The notes under the pieces were generated by a model. The model saw nothing but the letters and a program-made list of their open reading frames with translations. It was not told where the DNA came from and ran no database searches. A stretch of DNA of 64,000 bases from the NCBI GenBank assembly GCA_963700635.1, contig CAVOYH010000004.1, forward strand, positions 704,001 to 768,000, given 5' to 3'. The stretch's first letter is position 1; each line of letters starts with the position of its first letter. The translations under genes and the position numbers were made by a program. This DNA comes from an uncultured Bacteroidota bacterium (lineage in GTDB: Bacteria > Bacteroidota > Ignavibacteria > UBA10030 > UBA6906). Positions 10,622 to 20,933 of the stretch are shown here, in pieces.

Positions 10622-11058
10622 TCATCCTTCAGGTGCTGAACGCCCACGGTCGCCGTCGGGCACCACGCACGGTGCTCAAACGGGCGGCGCGTGAGGCGCT
10701 TCGCGGAGAAGGCGTGAGGAATGCCTCCATCGGTATTGTCTGCCTCAATGACCGCCAATGCCGGCGCTTGAACAAAAAGTACCTGGGGCACGACTATACC
10801 ACGGACGTACTCAGCTTCCCGCTCGAGAAATCTCCGAGTCTCGAAGGAGAAGTGTACGTCAACATGGATCGTGCGCGGATTCAAGCGCAGGATTTCGGCG
10901 TGACTCCGCTCCATGAGCTTGCCCGCCTGGTCATTCACGGAACACTCCATCTCACGGGGTCCGACGACCGTACGCCCGCCCGCGCGGCGCGGATGCATGC
11001 CCGTGAAGACCGGTATCTGGCCAGGGTGTTCAAGAGGCACACACAAACCAGGAGCTGA
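10618..11058 (+). CDS. ybeY: rRNA maturation RNase YbeY
   Basis: LNKKYLGHDYTTDVLSF, GEVYV, RLVIHGTLHLTGSDD (third His replaced by Asp, as I recall for FCB homologues). Confidence 0.9.
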   Translation: MIILQVLNAHGRRRAPRTVLKRAAREALRGEGVRNASIGIVCLNDRQCRRLNKKYLGHDYTTDVLSFPLEKSPSLEGEVYVNMDRARIQAQDFGVTPLHELARLVIHGTLHLTGSDDRTPARAARMHAREDRYLARVFKRHTQTRS

Positions 11059-11516
11059 TGAAAAATCGGGTTGTTGAAATACTTGTCTTCCTGATGGCTG
11101 AAATGCGGGAGGACAAACAGCTGCACGAGATTGATATTGCACCCCTGCGTGACAGGGGATATACCACCTCGGAGATCAGCGCTGCATTTAGCTGGCTGTA
11201 CGATAATCTCGGATCGGGCCACGCGGAAGCCCAGTCACAATCCCGCGCCGCCGAAGGATCACGGCGGATTCTCCACGAGGCCGAACGGATGCTGTTTTCG
11301 ATCGATGCCCAGGGATATTTGATACAACTCGCGGAACTCGGCTTGCTCGATGAACGTGATACTGAAGCGGTGATCGAGCGGGCCCTCGGCTCGGGATATG
11401 CCGGACTGTCTCTGCTGGAGGTACGCGAGCTTGTGGCCCTCGTTCTCTCCTCCCGCGACCGACCCGCCGGAGGAGGCGGGTATTCGATGTTGAACAATGA
11501 GGATACGATACACTGA
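11058..11516 (+). CDS. smg: DUF494/Smg family protein
   Basis: RVVEILVFL, GYTTSEISAAFSWL, RILHEAE, GYLIQL..LGLL; typical position upstream of topA. Confidence 0.8.
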   Translation: MKNRVVEILVFLMAEMREDKQLHEIDIAPLRDRGYTTSEISAAFSWLYDNLGSGHAEAQSQSRAAEGSRRILHEAERMLFSIDAQGYLIQLAELGLLDERDTEAVIERALGSGYAGLSLLEVRELVALVLSSRDRPAGGGGYSMLNNEDTIH

Positions 11517-13891
11517 TGGCGTCAAAAAAAACGAAACTGACACCCGAACAACCAACTTCGCAGCAGGATCCAAAACCCAAGCGCAAAAAACGTTCCCCTA
11601 AGGCATCACCTTCGTGGTCCGGCGATGGGAACGGTAGGTCTCTGATCGTCGTCGAATCTCCTGCCAAAGCCAAGACGATCAACAAGTACCTGGGCAACAT
11701 GTATCACGTCGAGCCCTCGGTCGGCCATATCAAGAACCTCCCCAAAAGCCGCATCGGCATCGACGTTGATGCAGGCTTCGCGCCGGAGTACGAGACGATA
11801 AAGGGGAAGGACGAAGTGATCGCCCGTTTGAAGCAGCACGCGGCGAAAGCGGAAGCGGTCTACATCGCAACCGACCCGGATCGCGAAGGGGAGGCGATTG
11901 CCTGGCATATCGCACGCGAAGTTGAACAGACCAATAAGAACATCTATCGCGTCCTGTTCCACGAAATCACCGAACGGGGCATCGCCGAGGCGATGGAACG
12001 TCCGGCACGCATCGATGAACACCTGGTGAATTCGCAGCAGGCACGCCGTGCCATGGACCGCCTGGTCGGCTACAAGGTTTCCCCCTTTGTCTGGAAGACG
12101 GTTTTTTATGGACTGTCTGCGGGCCGGGTGCAGTCGGTGGCTGTCCGGATCCTTTGCGAACGGGAGGAAGGAATTGTATCATTCCTGCCCCAGGAGTACT
12201 GGTCCATCATCGGCGAATTTAAGACCCCCACCAGCGAACCATTTTTTGCCAAGCTGTTCAAGGTCGACGGTGATGATCCCGTCATAGGCGACAGCACGAC
12301 CGCGGAAGGGTATGTCAATGCGATCCGCGCCGAGCAGTTCACCATCGCGGATATTCAGAAAAAACCGGTCAAGCGCAATCCGCCGCCTCCATTCATCACG
12401 AGCACATTACAACAGGAAGCCGCCCGCCGGCTTCGCTTCCCGGCGAAACGTACGATGATGATGGCACAGAAACTGTACGAAGGTATTGAGCTCGGAGAAG
12501 AAGGCCGGGTTGGATTGATCACGTATATGCGCACGGATTCCACACGCCTCAGCGAGGATGCGGTGCGGGAAATACGTGATTACATCTATCAGAACTACGG
12601 AAAGGAATACCTCCCGCACGATCCGAGGCTGTTTAAAAAGGGGAAGGCTTCCCAGGATGCCCATGAAGCGATTCGGCCGACGTCGGCAAAACATTCCCCC
12701 AAAGCCGTTAAAAAGTATCTTGATCCTGAGATGTTCGATCTGTACGAGCTTATCTGGAACCGGTTCGTCGCCTGTCAGATGAGCCCCGCCGTCGCAGAGC
12801 AGACTACAGTGGATATCAGGGGCGGCGAGTACCTTTTCCGGGCAACGGATGCGATCCCGACGTTTCGCGGATTCCTGCAGGTCTATGATGACATGGTCGA
12901 CGAGGCCGAAAAGCAGAACGACGAGGATCCGGCCACCAAACTCCCGGCGAATCTCCGGCCGGACGAACGCGCAGATCTTACCAATATTCTTCCCAATCAG
13001 CATTTTACAAAGCCGCCCGCCCGGTTTACGGAGTCAAGCCTGGTCCGTGAACTCGAAGCGCTGGGCATCGGACGCCCCAGCACGTATGCGCTCATCGTGG
13101 ATACTATCCAGGCGCGTAAATATGTTGAACAGCGCGAACGCCGGCTCTACCCTACAACCCTCGGTCAGGCTGTCAACAAGATTCTGGTGCAGAACTTCCC
13201 GCATATCTTCACCGTCGGCTTCACCGCAAAAATGGAGGAGGAGCTGGATACGATCGCCTCAGGGAAACAGACGTACCAGCAGGTCATGGAGGACTTTTAC
13301 CTTCCGTTCATCCGGGATCTGGAAGGTGTAGATAAAAACAGCGCTGCAATCAAGAAGTCGTTGCAGGAATCCACCGATGAGGTCTGTCCCCTGTGCGGGA
13401 AACCCATGATCATCAAATGGGGGCGAAACGGGCGCTTTATGGCCTGCAGCGGATATCCGGCCTGCAAAAGCACAAAACCGCTGCCGGAAGAACAGGAACT
13501 CACAAAACATGCCGTGGGCATCAAATGTGACCAGTGCGGTGGTGATATGATCGTCAAAGGGGGAAAGTTCGGCGCGTTTCTGGGATGCTCGAACTATCCA
13601 ACCTGCAAGAATACCCGACCACTGTCCATCGGCGTATCCTGCCCGAAGTGCAAAGATGGAGACGTCATCGAACGGAAGACGAAGAGAAAAAGGATGTTCT
13701 ACGGGTGCTCCCGGTATCCCGACTGCGACTTCGCATCGTGGGAGAAGCCGGTGGCGCGTGTCTGTGACACGTGCGGCAATGAGTATATGGTGCAGAAATA
13801 CAACCAGACCCGGGGCGAGTATCTGGTGTGCCCCGCCTGCAAAGCCGAAGTTGCAAAAGAGGCACTTCCCGAGCCTTCCGACGAAAGGTAG
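11516..13891 (+). CDS. topA: DNA topoisomerase I with C-terminal zinc ribbons
   Basis: LIVVESPAKAKTI, ATDPDREGEAI, SAGRVQS, ITYMRTDS (catalytic Tyr), GIGRPSTY, repeated CxxC ribbons. Confidence 0.97.
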   Translation: MASKKTKLTPEQPTSQQDPKPKRKKRSPKASPSWSGDGNGRSLIVVESPAKAKTINKYLGNMYHVEPSVGHIKNLPKSRIGIDVDAGFAPEYETIKGKDEVIARLKQHAAKAEAVYIATDPDREGEAIAWHIAREVEQTNKNIYRVLFHEITERGIAEAMERPARIDEHLVNSQQARRAMDRLVGYKVSPFVWKTVFYGLSAGRVQSVAVRILCEREEGIVSFLPQEYWSIIGEFKTPTSEPFFAKLFKVDGDDPVIGDSTTAEGYVNAIRAEQFTIADIQKKPVKRNPPPPFITSTLQQEAARRLRFPAKRTMMMAQKLYEGIELGEEGRVGLITYMRTDSTRLSEDAVREIRDYIYQNYGKEYLPHDPRLFKKGKASQDAHEAIRPTSAKHSPKAVKKYLDPEMFDLYELIWNRFVACQMSPAVAEQTTVDIRGGEYLFRATDAIPTFRGFLQVYDDMVDEAEKQNDEDPATKLPANLRPDERADLTNILPNQHFTKPPARFTESSLVRELEALGIGRPSTYALIVDTIQARKYVEQRERRLYPTTLGQAVNKILVQNFPHIFTVGFTAKMEEELDTIASGKQTYQQVMEDFYLPFIRDLEGVDKNSAAIKKSLQESTDEVCPLCGKPMIIKWGRNGRFMACSGYPACKSTKPLPEEQELTKHAVGIKCDQCGGDMIVKGGKFGAFLGCSNYPTCKNTRPLSIGVSCPKCKDGDVIERKTKRKRMFYGCSRYPDCDFASWEKPVARVCDTCGNEYMVQKYNQTRGEYLVCPACKAEVAKEALPEPSDER

Positions 13892-14789
13892 AGATACGGA
13901 AAGCGAGACACACAGCGCCCTGTTTCTGGCGTACCTCTCAGCCGAAAGGCGTGCGTCGCCGAACACCATTACTGCGTACACGGAGGATCTGCGTCAGTTC
14001 AGCGCCTTTCTGCTCGGCGCGGGCCGGACCCCTGCAACGGTTGATCATATCCTGATCCGGCGGTTTCTCGGCACGCTACTGGATCAGGGGATGGGAAAGC
14101 GGAGTGTCGCCCGCAAGCTGGCATGCCTGCGGTCGTTCTATAAGTTCCTGAAGAGGCGCGGAGTCATCAGCACAAACCCCACGGCGCTTGTGGCAACACC
14201 CCGCCTCGAGCGGCGATTGCCGTCGTTTCTTGACGAGCAGACGGTCGCGCAGGTTCTGGAGCATCCCGACCGCTCGACCACCGAAGGGTTGCGTGACGCC
14301 GCTATTCTCGAGCTGTTCTACAGCACCGGCATGAGACTGAGTGAGTTGCTGCACCTGCGTCCCGAAGACATTCACCTGCGCGAACGTACCCTGAAGGTGA
14401 CCGGAAAAGGGAGCAAGCAGCGGATCATACCGTTCGGGCACAAGGCACGCAAGGCTCTGCAGGACTGGATGAACGTCCGGAAGGACTATGTGCGGCCGGG
14501 GGATGACCCGGGAACGACGTTTCTTACGGTTCGCGGTCGGGCGATGAGCCCTAAAGGGGTGAATGTGGTCGTCAACCGGCACATCGGAGCAGTTTCTGAG
14601 CTGCAGAAAAAAAGTCCGCACGTCCTGCGCCACACCTTTGCCACACATCTGGTGAACCGCGGAGCTGATCTCCAGGCGGTCCGCGAACTGCTCGGCCATG
14701 AAAGTCTGTCAACAACCCAGATCTATACCCACGTGGGAATTGATCGGTTAAAAAAAGTGTATGCATTAGCGCACCCGAAGGGAACGTGA
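13851..14789 (+). CDS. xerC: Tyrosine recombinase XerC (start uncertain: TTG 13851 or ACG 13896)
   Basis: YSTGMRLSE (R), GKGSKQR (K), HVLRHTFATH (HxxR), LGH, TTQIYTH (Y); topA-xerC-hpf context. Confidence 0.88.
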   Translation: MQKRHFPSLPTKGRDTESETHSALFLAYLSAERRASPNTITAYTEDLRQFSAFLLGAGRTPATVDHILIRRFLGTLLDQGMGKRSVARKLACLRSFYKFLKRRGVISTNPTALVATPRLERRLPSFLDEQTVAQVLEHPDRSTTEGLRDAAILELFYSTGMRLSELLHLRPEDIHLRERTLKVTGKGSKQRIIPFGHKARKALQDWMNVRKDYVRPGDDPGTTFLTVRGRAMSPKGVNVVVNRHIGAVSELQKKSPHVLRHTFATHLVNRGADLQAVRELLGHESLSTTQIYTHVGIDRLKKVYALAHPKGT

Positions 14790-14823
14790 CCTCGGTCCAT
14801 CAGTCACTGAAAGGAGACGCATC

Positions 14824-15156
14824 ATGAATATCACCTTCACCGCACGGCACTTCCGCCCCCACCCTGAACTAAAGCAGCATGCTCTGGATACAGTAAAAAA
14901 ACTGCACAAATTTTACGACGGAATTGTTACGGCGAATGTGGTTCTCAGCTATGAACGGGCAACCAACAGCGTCAAGACTGCGGAAATCAACGTCCATGTG
15001 TATGGCAGCGTCCTCACGGCGAAAGAAAAATCCGACGACTATCACAAATCGATCGATAAGGCTGCAGCAAAACTGACCCTGCGACTGGAGAAGTACAAGT
15101 CCAAACTCCGATCGAAGGACAAGAGCCGCGTCCGAGCGATTCAGGATAAAGTATGA
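14824..15156 (+). CDS. hpf: Ribosome hibernation promoting factor / RaiA
   Basis: MNITFTARHF, AEINVHV.G..L.AKE.SDD..KSID.A..KL..RL.KYK. Confidence 0.88.
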   Translation: MNITFTARHFRPHPELKQHALDTVKKLHKFYDGIVTANVVLSYERATNSVKTAEINVHVYGSVLTAKEKSDDYHKSIDKAAAKLTLRLEKYKSKLRSKDKSRVRAIQDKV

Positions 15157-16160
15157 AAATCGACCCGGGAGGGGAAACCCGCAAGGGGAGTATCACGGTC
15201 GGTTTCCTCTTTGAGATCACCAAAGACCGCTTCAAGCTCCGGAGCCTGAACGGCGAGAACGGTTTTACGAACGAGATTAAGGATAAGAACCTTCACCGAC
15301 CCGGACTCGCGCTCGCGGGATATGTGGAACTCTTCACCTATGATCGTGTCCAGATCATGGGCAACACGGAAATACGGTATCTCAAATCTCTGAATGCCGC
15401 GCAGCGCCAGGCCGCGTTTTCGTCGCTGCTTGAATTCCAGATTCCCTGCATCGTGTTGACCAACGACAACACGGTCGAGCCCGATTTGCTGGCTGCAGCG
15501 TCAGCCAGGAACATTCCGGTGTTCGGGACACCGTTCAGCACAACAAAAGTGTCCTACTTCCTCGCGGATTTTCTGGATGACCAGTTTGCACCGCAGATGA
15601 TGCTCCACGGGTCGCTTGTGGACGTTTACGGCGTGGGCGTTCTCCTGACGGGGCGTTCGGGAATTGGGAAGAGCGAGATCGCGCTCGACCTGGTTGAGCG
15701 TGGTCACCGCCTGGCGGCTGACGATGTCGTGATGATCACCCGGAAAGGGGAGGGCATTCTGATCGGCGCCGGAACCGACCTGGTAAAACACCTCATGGAG
15801 GTCCGGGGCCTGGGACTTATTGATGTCCGGAGCATGTTCGGGATCCGGGCCATCCGCTACCAGAAGCGGGTAGAAGTGGTCATCGAGCTTGAGGAGTGGA
15901 ATCCGGATGAGGATTATACACGGACCGGGTTGGACGACCTTACCGTGAACATTCTGGAGGTGGAAATCCCGCTTGTAAAATTGCCAATTTTCCCCGGTAA
16001 AAATGTAACTGTTATAACCGAAGTGATCTCCCTCAATTACCTGCTCAAACACTACGGGTATGATGCAGCCAAAGTCTTCGCAAAACGGCTGGAAGGGACG
16101 ATCGGACAGAAAACCAAGGGGAACCGGGCAATCGACTATTTTGAGCATGATTTTGAGTAG
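15153..16160 (+). CDS. hprK: HPr(Ser) kinase/phosphorylase
   Basis: HRPGLALAG, LHGSLVDVYGVGVLLTGRSGIGKSE (Walker A), HRLAADDVV, MEVRGLGLI. Confidence 0.95.
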   Translation: MKIDPGGETRKGSITVGFLFEITKDRFKLRSLNGENGFTNEIKDKNLHRPGLALAGYVELFTYDRVQIMGNTEIRYLKSLNAAQRQAAFSSLLEFQIPCIVLTNDNTVEPDLLAAASARNIPVFGTPFSTTKVSYFLADFLDDQFAPQMMLHGSLVDVYGVGVLLTGRSGIGKSEIALDLVERGHRLAADDVVMITRKGEGILIGAGTDLVKHLMEVRGLGLIDVRSMFGIRAIRYQKRVEVVIELEEWNPDEDYTRTGLDDLTVNILEVEIPLVKLPIFPGKNVTVITEVISLNYLLKHYGYDAAKVFAKRLEGTIGQKTKGNRAIDYFEHDFE

Positions 16161-16176
16161 AAATCGAAGTTTTTGC

Positions 16177-16205
16177 TTGACAACACCCTGATTATTCTTT
16201 ATTTT
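16177..16205 (+). promoter_or_regulatory. Putative sigma70 promoter of M23 peptidase gene
   Basis: TTGACA-N17-TATTTT. Confidence 0.55.
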
Positions 16206-16347
16206 TCCGTCGCATTTGAGGATACCCTGCTCCGGTGGGCGTTGGAATCGCAGGCGTTGGAAGGGGTCATTTCCAGGCTGTGAGGTGTGGCACGTAGTTT
16301 GCCTTTTTCCCTTCAGCGGGATACGGTGGAAAACAAAGGAGGTTTTG

Positions 16348-17313
16348 ATGTTCCGAAATATGAGATTCTTTGTTTTCTCCAGCAAGTCACTTGATCTGCG
16401 TGAAATCAGGTTTTTCAAGGTCAAGATGCTGGGGTCCGGTTTGTTGCTGGGGATTTTCCTTCTGTCATTCGTGTTTTTTGCCAACATGCTCACCGGTGAT
16501 GTGCTGGGGATCGGGTACGGGCACCTGTCAATGCTCACGACAGAAAACCGCATGTTGAAGGAGCACATTCGCGAACTGGGGAAGAAGTTGCAGCTGGTTC
16601 AGCAGACCCTCGAAAATCTTTCGGAGCGGGGGAATGAACTGCGGTTGCTGGCGGATATGCGACGTATTGATGATGACACGCGTGCGGCGGCTGTCGGCGG
16701 CGGAGCGCAGCTGGCGGCGAGTCCGTTTCTGACGGGGGAGGCGAGCATGATCCTCTCTCAATCCCGTTCGCTTATCGATCGCCTGAGCCGTGAAGTAAAA
16801 CTGCAGCAGCAGAGTTACGAAGAGATCCATACACGTCTGGAGCAGAATAGGGGATTCTTTTCCCATCTTCCGGCTATAAAACCGATGGCCGGGCCCTATA
16901 CCGTTGGCGGCTTTGGCATGCGCCTCCATCCTGTTCTGCACGTCTATCGCATGCACTATGGCCTCGATATCATCAACGATGTCGGCACATCCGTGTATGC
17001 CGCAGGCGACGGGGATATCCGGGTTGCCGGACGTACGCAGGGCGGCCTCGGCGTGGTTGTCGAAATTGCCCACGGGTACGGATACACGAGTTTGTACGCA
17101 CACCTTTCCCAGGTTCATGTTACACCCGGACAGCGGGTCAAGCGGGGGGAACTTATCGCAAAGTGCGGGCGGACCGGGTTGGTGAGCGGACCGCACCTGC
17201 ATTATGAGATCCGGCGCAACGGCGTGAGTCAGAACCCGGTAGACTTTTTCTTTGATGACATCGATGCAGCTCGCTATCGTGCAATGCTCGCGCAAGCCAG
17301 CGCGAATCAGTGA
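16348..17313 (+). CDS. M23 family peptidoglycan endopeptidase with N-terminal TM and coiled coil
   Basis: RBS AAGGAGG; HYGLD (HxxxD), YAHL, GPHLHYE (HxH). Confidence 0.92.
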   Translation: MFRNMRFFVFSSKSLDLREIRFFKVKMLGSGLLLGIFLLSFVFFANMLTGDVLGIGYGHLSMLTTENRMLKEHIRELGKKLQLVQQTLENLSERGNELRLLADMRRIDDDTRAAAVGGGAQLAASPFLTGEASMILSQSRSLIDRLSREVKLQQQSYEEIHTRLEQNRGFFSHLPAIKPMAGPYTVGGFGMRLHPVLHVYRMHYGLDIINDVGTSVYAAGDGDIRVAGRTQGGLGVVVEIAHGYGYTSLYAHLSQVHVTPGQRVKRGELIAKCGRTGLVSGPHLHYEIRRNGVSQNPVDFFFDDIDAARYRAMLAQASANQ

Positions 17314-17343
17314 GTTGTTCCCCCGCATAGGAGATGTAAAGCG

Positions 17344-17568
17344 GTGATCTGGACGATGGAACTCGCCTCGTACCTCGACGATGCGCCCTGGCCAGCAACA
17401 AAAGACGAATTAATCGACTACGCATTGCGGACCGGGGCACCTGTGGAGACCCTCGAAAATCTTCAGGAACTTGAAGACGGTGATGAACCGTACGACAGCA
17501 TGGAAGATATCTGGCCCGACTATCCGACGGGCGAAGACTTCTTCTACGAAGACGAAGGGGAGTACTGA
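17344..17568 (+). CDS. DUF2795 family protein
   Basis: WTMELASYLDDAPWPATKDELIDYA.R.GAP...ENL...IWPDYP, a conserved FCB small acidic protein. Confidence 0.88.
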   Translation: MIWTMELASYLDDAPWPATKDELIDYALRTGAPVETLENLQELEDGDEPYDSMEDIWPDYPTGEDFFYEDEGEY

Positions 17569-17616
17569 ACGCGCCGGAAAACGTTGATTCTGTTCATCAA
17601 ATGTCTTATCATGCTT

Positions 17617-17641
17617 ACCCAGCCGGCGGCTGGGTTTTTTT
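17617..17641 (+). terminator. Rho-independent terminator
   Basis: ACCCAGCC-GGC-GGCTGGGT followed by a T-run. Confidence 0.75.
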
Positions 17642-17658
17642 ATGGAAACCAGGCGACC

Positions 17659-19803
17659 ATGCACGTGAATCTTCTACGGCTTTACGGGCACATTGATTCT
17701 CCCCCCTGCGGGTCCCTCATCCGGGCAGGCCTGATCCTGGGACTGGTCCTCGCCGTTCTGACCCCCGCGTGCGCGCAACCCTCCAATCACCGTCAATACG
17801 AAATTTCCTCCATCACGATCGAGGGCAATGCATCGTTTCCGACCAGCGAACTCCGGGCCCAGATGACCACGATCGAGACGCCGGGCTGGTTCAACAAATT
17901 TCTCTATTCTTCCATCAGCGAGCGGCTGGGCCGGAAGAATGAACTCTTTAATGCCGTCACGTTCGGCGCCGACGTGGACCGCCTCAGCCGGTTCTACGAA
18001 AACCGCGGATTCTCAGTTGTCCGCATCGATACCGTTCTGCATTTCTCGCCCGAAGACGGGACCGTCGACCTGATGGTCCGGATCACAGAAGGATATCGTT
18101 CGCTCATCGAACAGGTAGTGTATCGCGGGATCCTGGATTTCCCGACGACAATCTGGGAAGATATCCGGCAGTCACCCAGCATCTATCCCGCAGATCCCTA
18201 CAACAGCCTGCTCCTGGAGGACGAAGTGCGGCGCGTGCTCCGGATCTATGCCGACAGTGGTTTTCCCAACGCGGAGTTTGTCCGCGACAGCTCCTACGCA
18301 CGGCGTTATGTAAGTTCCAAGAATTACGTCGTCAAACTGACATTTTCCCCCGGCCGCCGGTATCTGTTTGGCGACATCACCATCCGCCAGGAAACGGACA
18401 CCCTGCGCGGTGAATTCCACCGCGACGACATCACCGACGACGTTATTCTCCGCCAGATCGACTATCACCCCGGTGATTTTTACAGTCTGGCAAACAAACT
18501 GAGCAGTGAGCGCAACCTGAACCGGCTTGGCATTTTTGATTTGCGATCCATCGAGACCTTTGTCCCTGCGCGCGACGATTCCAGCTACACCGTACCGAGC
18601 CGCATTACCCTCCGCCCGCGCGACAAACATGAGCTGGCCCCCGAACTGCTGATGAGCGATCAGGACGGCGCGTTTAACCTGGGTACCGGTCTGGGCTATA
18701 CAAACCGGAATTTTTTCGGAGGTGCGCGGCTTTTTAACGCTCGTGTCCGCTTCCAATCACAGACCCTCAGCCGCTTCCCCGACTATTTTAAGGTGGATGA
18801 CGATGCCGTGTCCAACCTGGATCTGACGTTTGAAGTTGTGCAGCCCTACATTTTTTCGAACGCCACAAAAGGGACGTGGTCCTTCTCGTATATCCTGAAC
18901 AAACAAAAACCGTATCTCCAGAAGATCTTCCGGAATAAATTCGGGTTCACGAGCAGGTTTGCCGAGCACACGTCCGGACTTCTGGAATGGACCCTGGAAA
19001 CGATCGAGTTGAAGGAGAACCAGAACTTTGAAGCATCTCTGAACGACCCTCTGATCAAACGCCAGCTTGAGGCGTTACAGAAAGAACAGTTTAACTCGAT
19101 CCTCTCGTTCACGATTCAGCGCGACATGACCAACGACCTGTTCTCCCCGTCCGAAGGTTTTGTCCACGCTGCTACCTTCGAGGAAGCTGGCATTCTCCCC
19201 CTGGTCCTGAAGAAGGCGTTCCCCGCCCTCCCGTTCACCCAGTTCATGCGTGCAGTGCTAGTCGGACGGTGGTATGCCGACAGGAGCGATAATCGGTTTC
19301 TGATCCTTGCCAGCAAGCTCAAAGCGGGAATCGAGGAGAAGTACGGGGAAAGCCGGTCGGATAGCAGCCGCACCATTCCGCAAACTCACCGTTTTTACGC
19401 TGGCGGCGGAAACAGTATCAGAGGATGGGCCTCGCGCAGCCTGATTGCCAGCGGCGAGCCGCAACTCGGGGGGAACGTGACGCTGGAGGGAAGTCTCGAG
19501 ATGCGCGTGAACCTGCTGCAGAACCTCCGCGACGGGTGGTTGGACAAGATCTGGCTTGTGTCATTTGTGGATGTGGGCAATGTCTGGGGAGAGATCAAGG
19601 ATTTCCGGCTGGATGGCGTGGCCGTGGCGACCGGAATAGGGATCCGCTATGAAACCCCGTTCGGCCCGTTCCGTCTGGACTGGGGAATCCGGGTCTTTGA
19701 TCCGGCAGCGCCGAAAGGACAACAGTGGATTATCCAGCGCCGCCTCTTTGCAGACACCTTCGCCGAGGGTGCATTTCATTTCGGGATTGGCCATGCATTC
19801 TGA
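17659..19803 (+). CDS. BamA/TamA (Omp85) family outer membrane protein
   Basis: POTRA-like N-terminus, RFYAGGGNSIRGW, FVDVGNVW, GIGIRYETPFGPFRLDWG, C-terminal IGHAF. Confidence 0.92.
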   Translation: MHVNLLRLYGHIDSPPCGSLIRAGLILGLVLAVLTPACAQPSNHRQYEISSITIEGNASFPTSELRAQMTTIETPGWFNKFLYSSISERLGRKNELFNAVTFGADVDRLSRFYENRGFSVVRIDTVLHFSPEDGTVDLMVRITEGYRSLIEQVVYRGILDFPTTIWEDIRQSPSIYPADPYNSLLLEDEVRRVLRIYADSGFPNAEFVRDSSYARRYVSSKNYVVKLTFSPGRRYLFGDITIRQETDTLRGEFHRDDITDDVILRQIDYHPGDFYSLANKLSSERNLNRLGIFDLRSIETFVPARDDSSYTVPSRITLRPRDKHELAPELLMSDQDGAFNLGTGLGYTNRNFFGGARLFNARVRFQSQTLSRFPDYFKVDDDAVSNLDLTFEVVQPYIFSNATKGTWSFSYILNKQKPYLQKIFRNKFGFTSRFAEHTSGLLEWTLETIELKENQNFEASLNDPLIKRQLEALQKEQFNSILSFTIQRDMTNDLFSPSEGFVHAATFEEAGILPLVLKKAFPALPFTQFMRAVLVGRWYADRSDNRFLILASKLKAGIEEKYGESRSDSSRTIPQTHRFYAGGGNSIRGWASRSLIASGEPQLGGNVTLEGSLEMRVNLLQNLRDGWLDKIWLVSFVDVGNVWGEIKDFRLDGVAVATGIGIRYETPFGPFRLDWGIRVFDPAAPKGQQWIIQRRLFADTFAEGAFHFGIGHAF

Positions 19804-20926
19804 CGAGAATCAGACCATCACCTGGCCTCGCGTGCTGGGCCAGAAGCGTGTGAAACTGCAATTGCAGAGCGTGCTGAAATCGGGCCGCATGCCCCACGCG
19901 TACCTGTTCCACGGCCCCGAAGGGGTTGGGAAGGATGCGATGGCCATCGAGCTCGCCCGCGTACTGCACTGCCAGACCGGGGGCTCCGAGGCCTGCGGGG
20001 TATGTGATTCGTGTGAACGCCTCAACACACTCCAGCATCCCGATGTCCGTTTTATTACTGCCCTTCCTGTGGGACGGGACGAGGACAAGGACGACAGTCC
20101 GCTGGACAAGATCCCTCCGGAAGAGGTCAAGGCCATACAGGCCGAGCTGATGGAAAAGGGGAAAGACCCATACCGCCGGATCACCATTCCCCGGGCGACC
20201 GGCATCAAGATCAACAGCATCAGGGAAATCCGGCGGGAAGCACCCTTGAGCAGCACGGGGAACAAACGGCGGGTGTTTATCCTTTCGCGTGCGGATATGC
20301 TTAATGCCGTTGCGGCCCATACGCTCCTGAAGACTCTGGAAGAACCCCCGGCCAATTGTATGTTGATCCTCACGACCGCCAACCGGGAAGAGTTGCTTCC
20401 GACCATCATCTCCCGCTGCCAGCAGGTGCGGTTTGACCCCCTGACCGAGGAGCAAATCCAGGGCGCGCTGGTCCAGCGTGACAAAGTGGATAACTCCCAC
20501 GCAGCGTTGTTGGCCCGCCTCTCCGGCGGCAGTTATACAAGGGCCCAGGAATTGCTCGGCGACGACCTGATGAGGGAACGGGATGATGTGCTGGAGTTTG
20601 TGCGGCGCACCGTGGCGGGTCACCATGTGGATGTGGCGAAGATTATCGATGGTGTCGCAGAGGAGAAAAACCGCGCGCGCGTAACACGGTTCCTGCACCT
20701 GCTCCTGCTCTGGTTCCGTGATGCCCTGGTGCTCTCGCGCGGGGGAGCGATCATCAATGTCGACCAGCAGGAACCGCTGCAGAAGTTTGTTGCGCGGTAT
20801 CCGGAGACTAACATTCCGGATATCCTCGGCGAGATCGAGCGCGCAATTTCGCTTGTGGAAAGAAATATCTACATTAAACTTGTCCTGTATAATCTGGCCG
20901 GACAGCTTAAATCGAACATCCTCTGA
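19793..20926 (+). CDS. holB: DNA polymerase III subunit delta'
   Basis: HAYLFHGPEGVGK, C-x7-CGVCDSC, HPDV, LLKTLEEPP, LLPTIISRCQ. Confidence 0.9.
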   Translation: MHSDENQTITWPRVLGQKRVKLQLQSVLKSGRMPHAYLFHGPEGVGKDAMAIELARVLHCQTGGSEACGVCDSCERLNTLQHPDVRFITALPVGRDEDKDDSPLDKIPPEEVKAIQAELMEKGKDPYRRITIPRATGIKINSIREIRREAPLSSTGNKRRVFILSRADMLNAVAAHTLLKTLEEPPANCMLILTTANREELLPTIISRCQQVRFDPLTEEQIQGALVQRDKVDNSHAALLARLSGGSYTRAQELLGDDLMRERDDVLEFVRRTVAGHHVDVAKIIDGVAEEKNRARVTRFLHLLLLWFRDALVLSRGGAIINVDQQEPLQKFVARYPETNIPDILGEIERAISLVERNIYIKLVLYNLAGQLKSNIL

Positions 20927-20933
20927 AGGTAGA

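Noticed and set aside
13851-14789. Tyrosine recombinase as a possible integrase of a mobile element
   Set aside because: It is embedded in the topA-hpf-hprK housekeeping operon with XerC-like sequence. No att sites, tRNA or cargo are visible.
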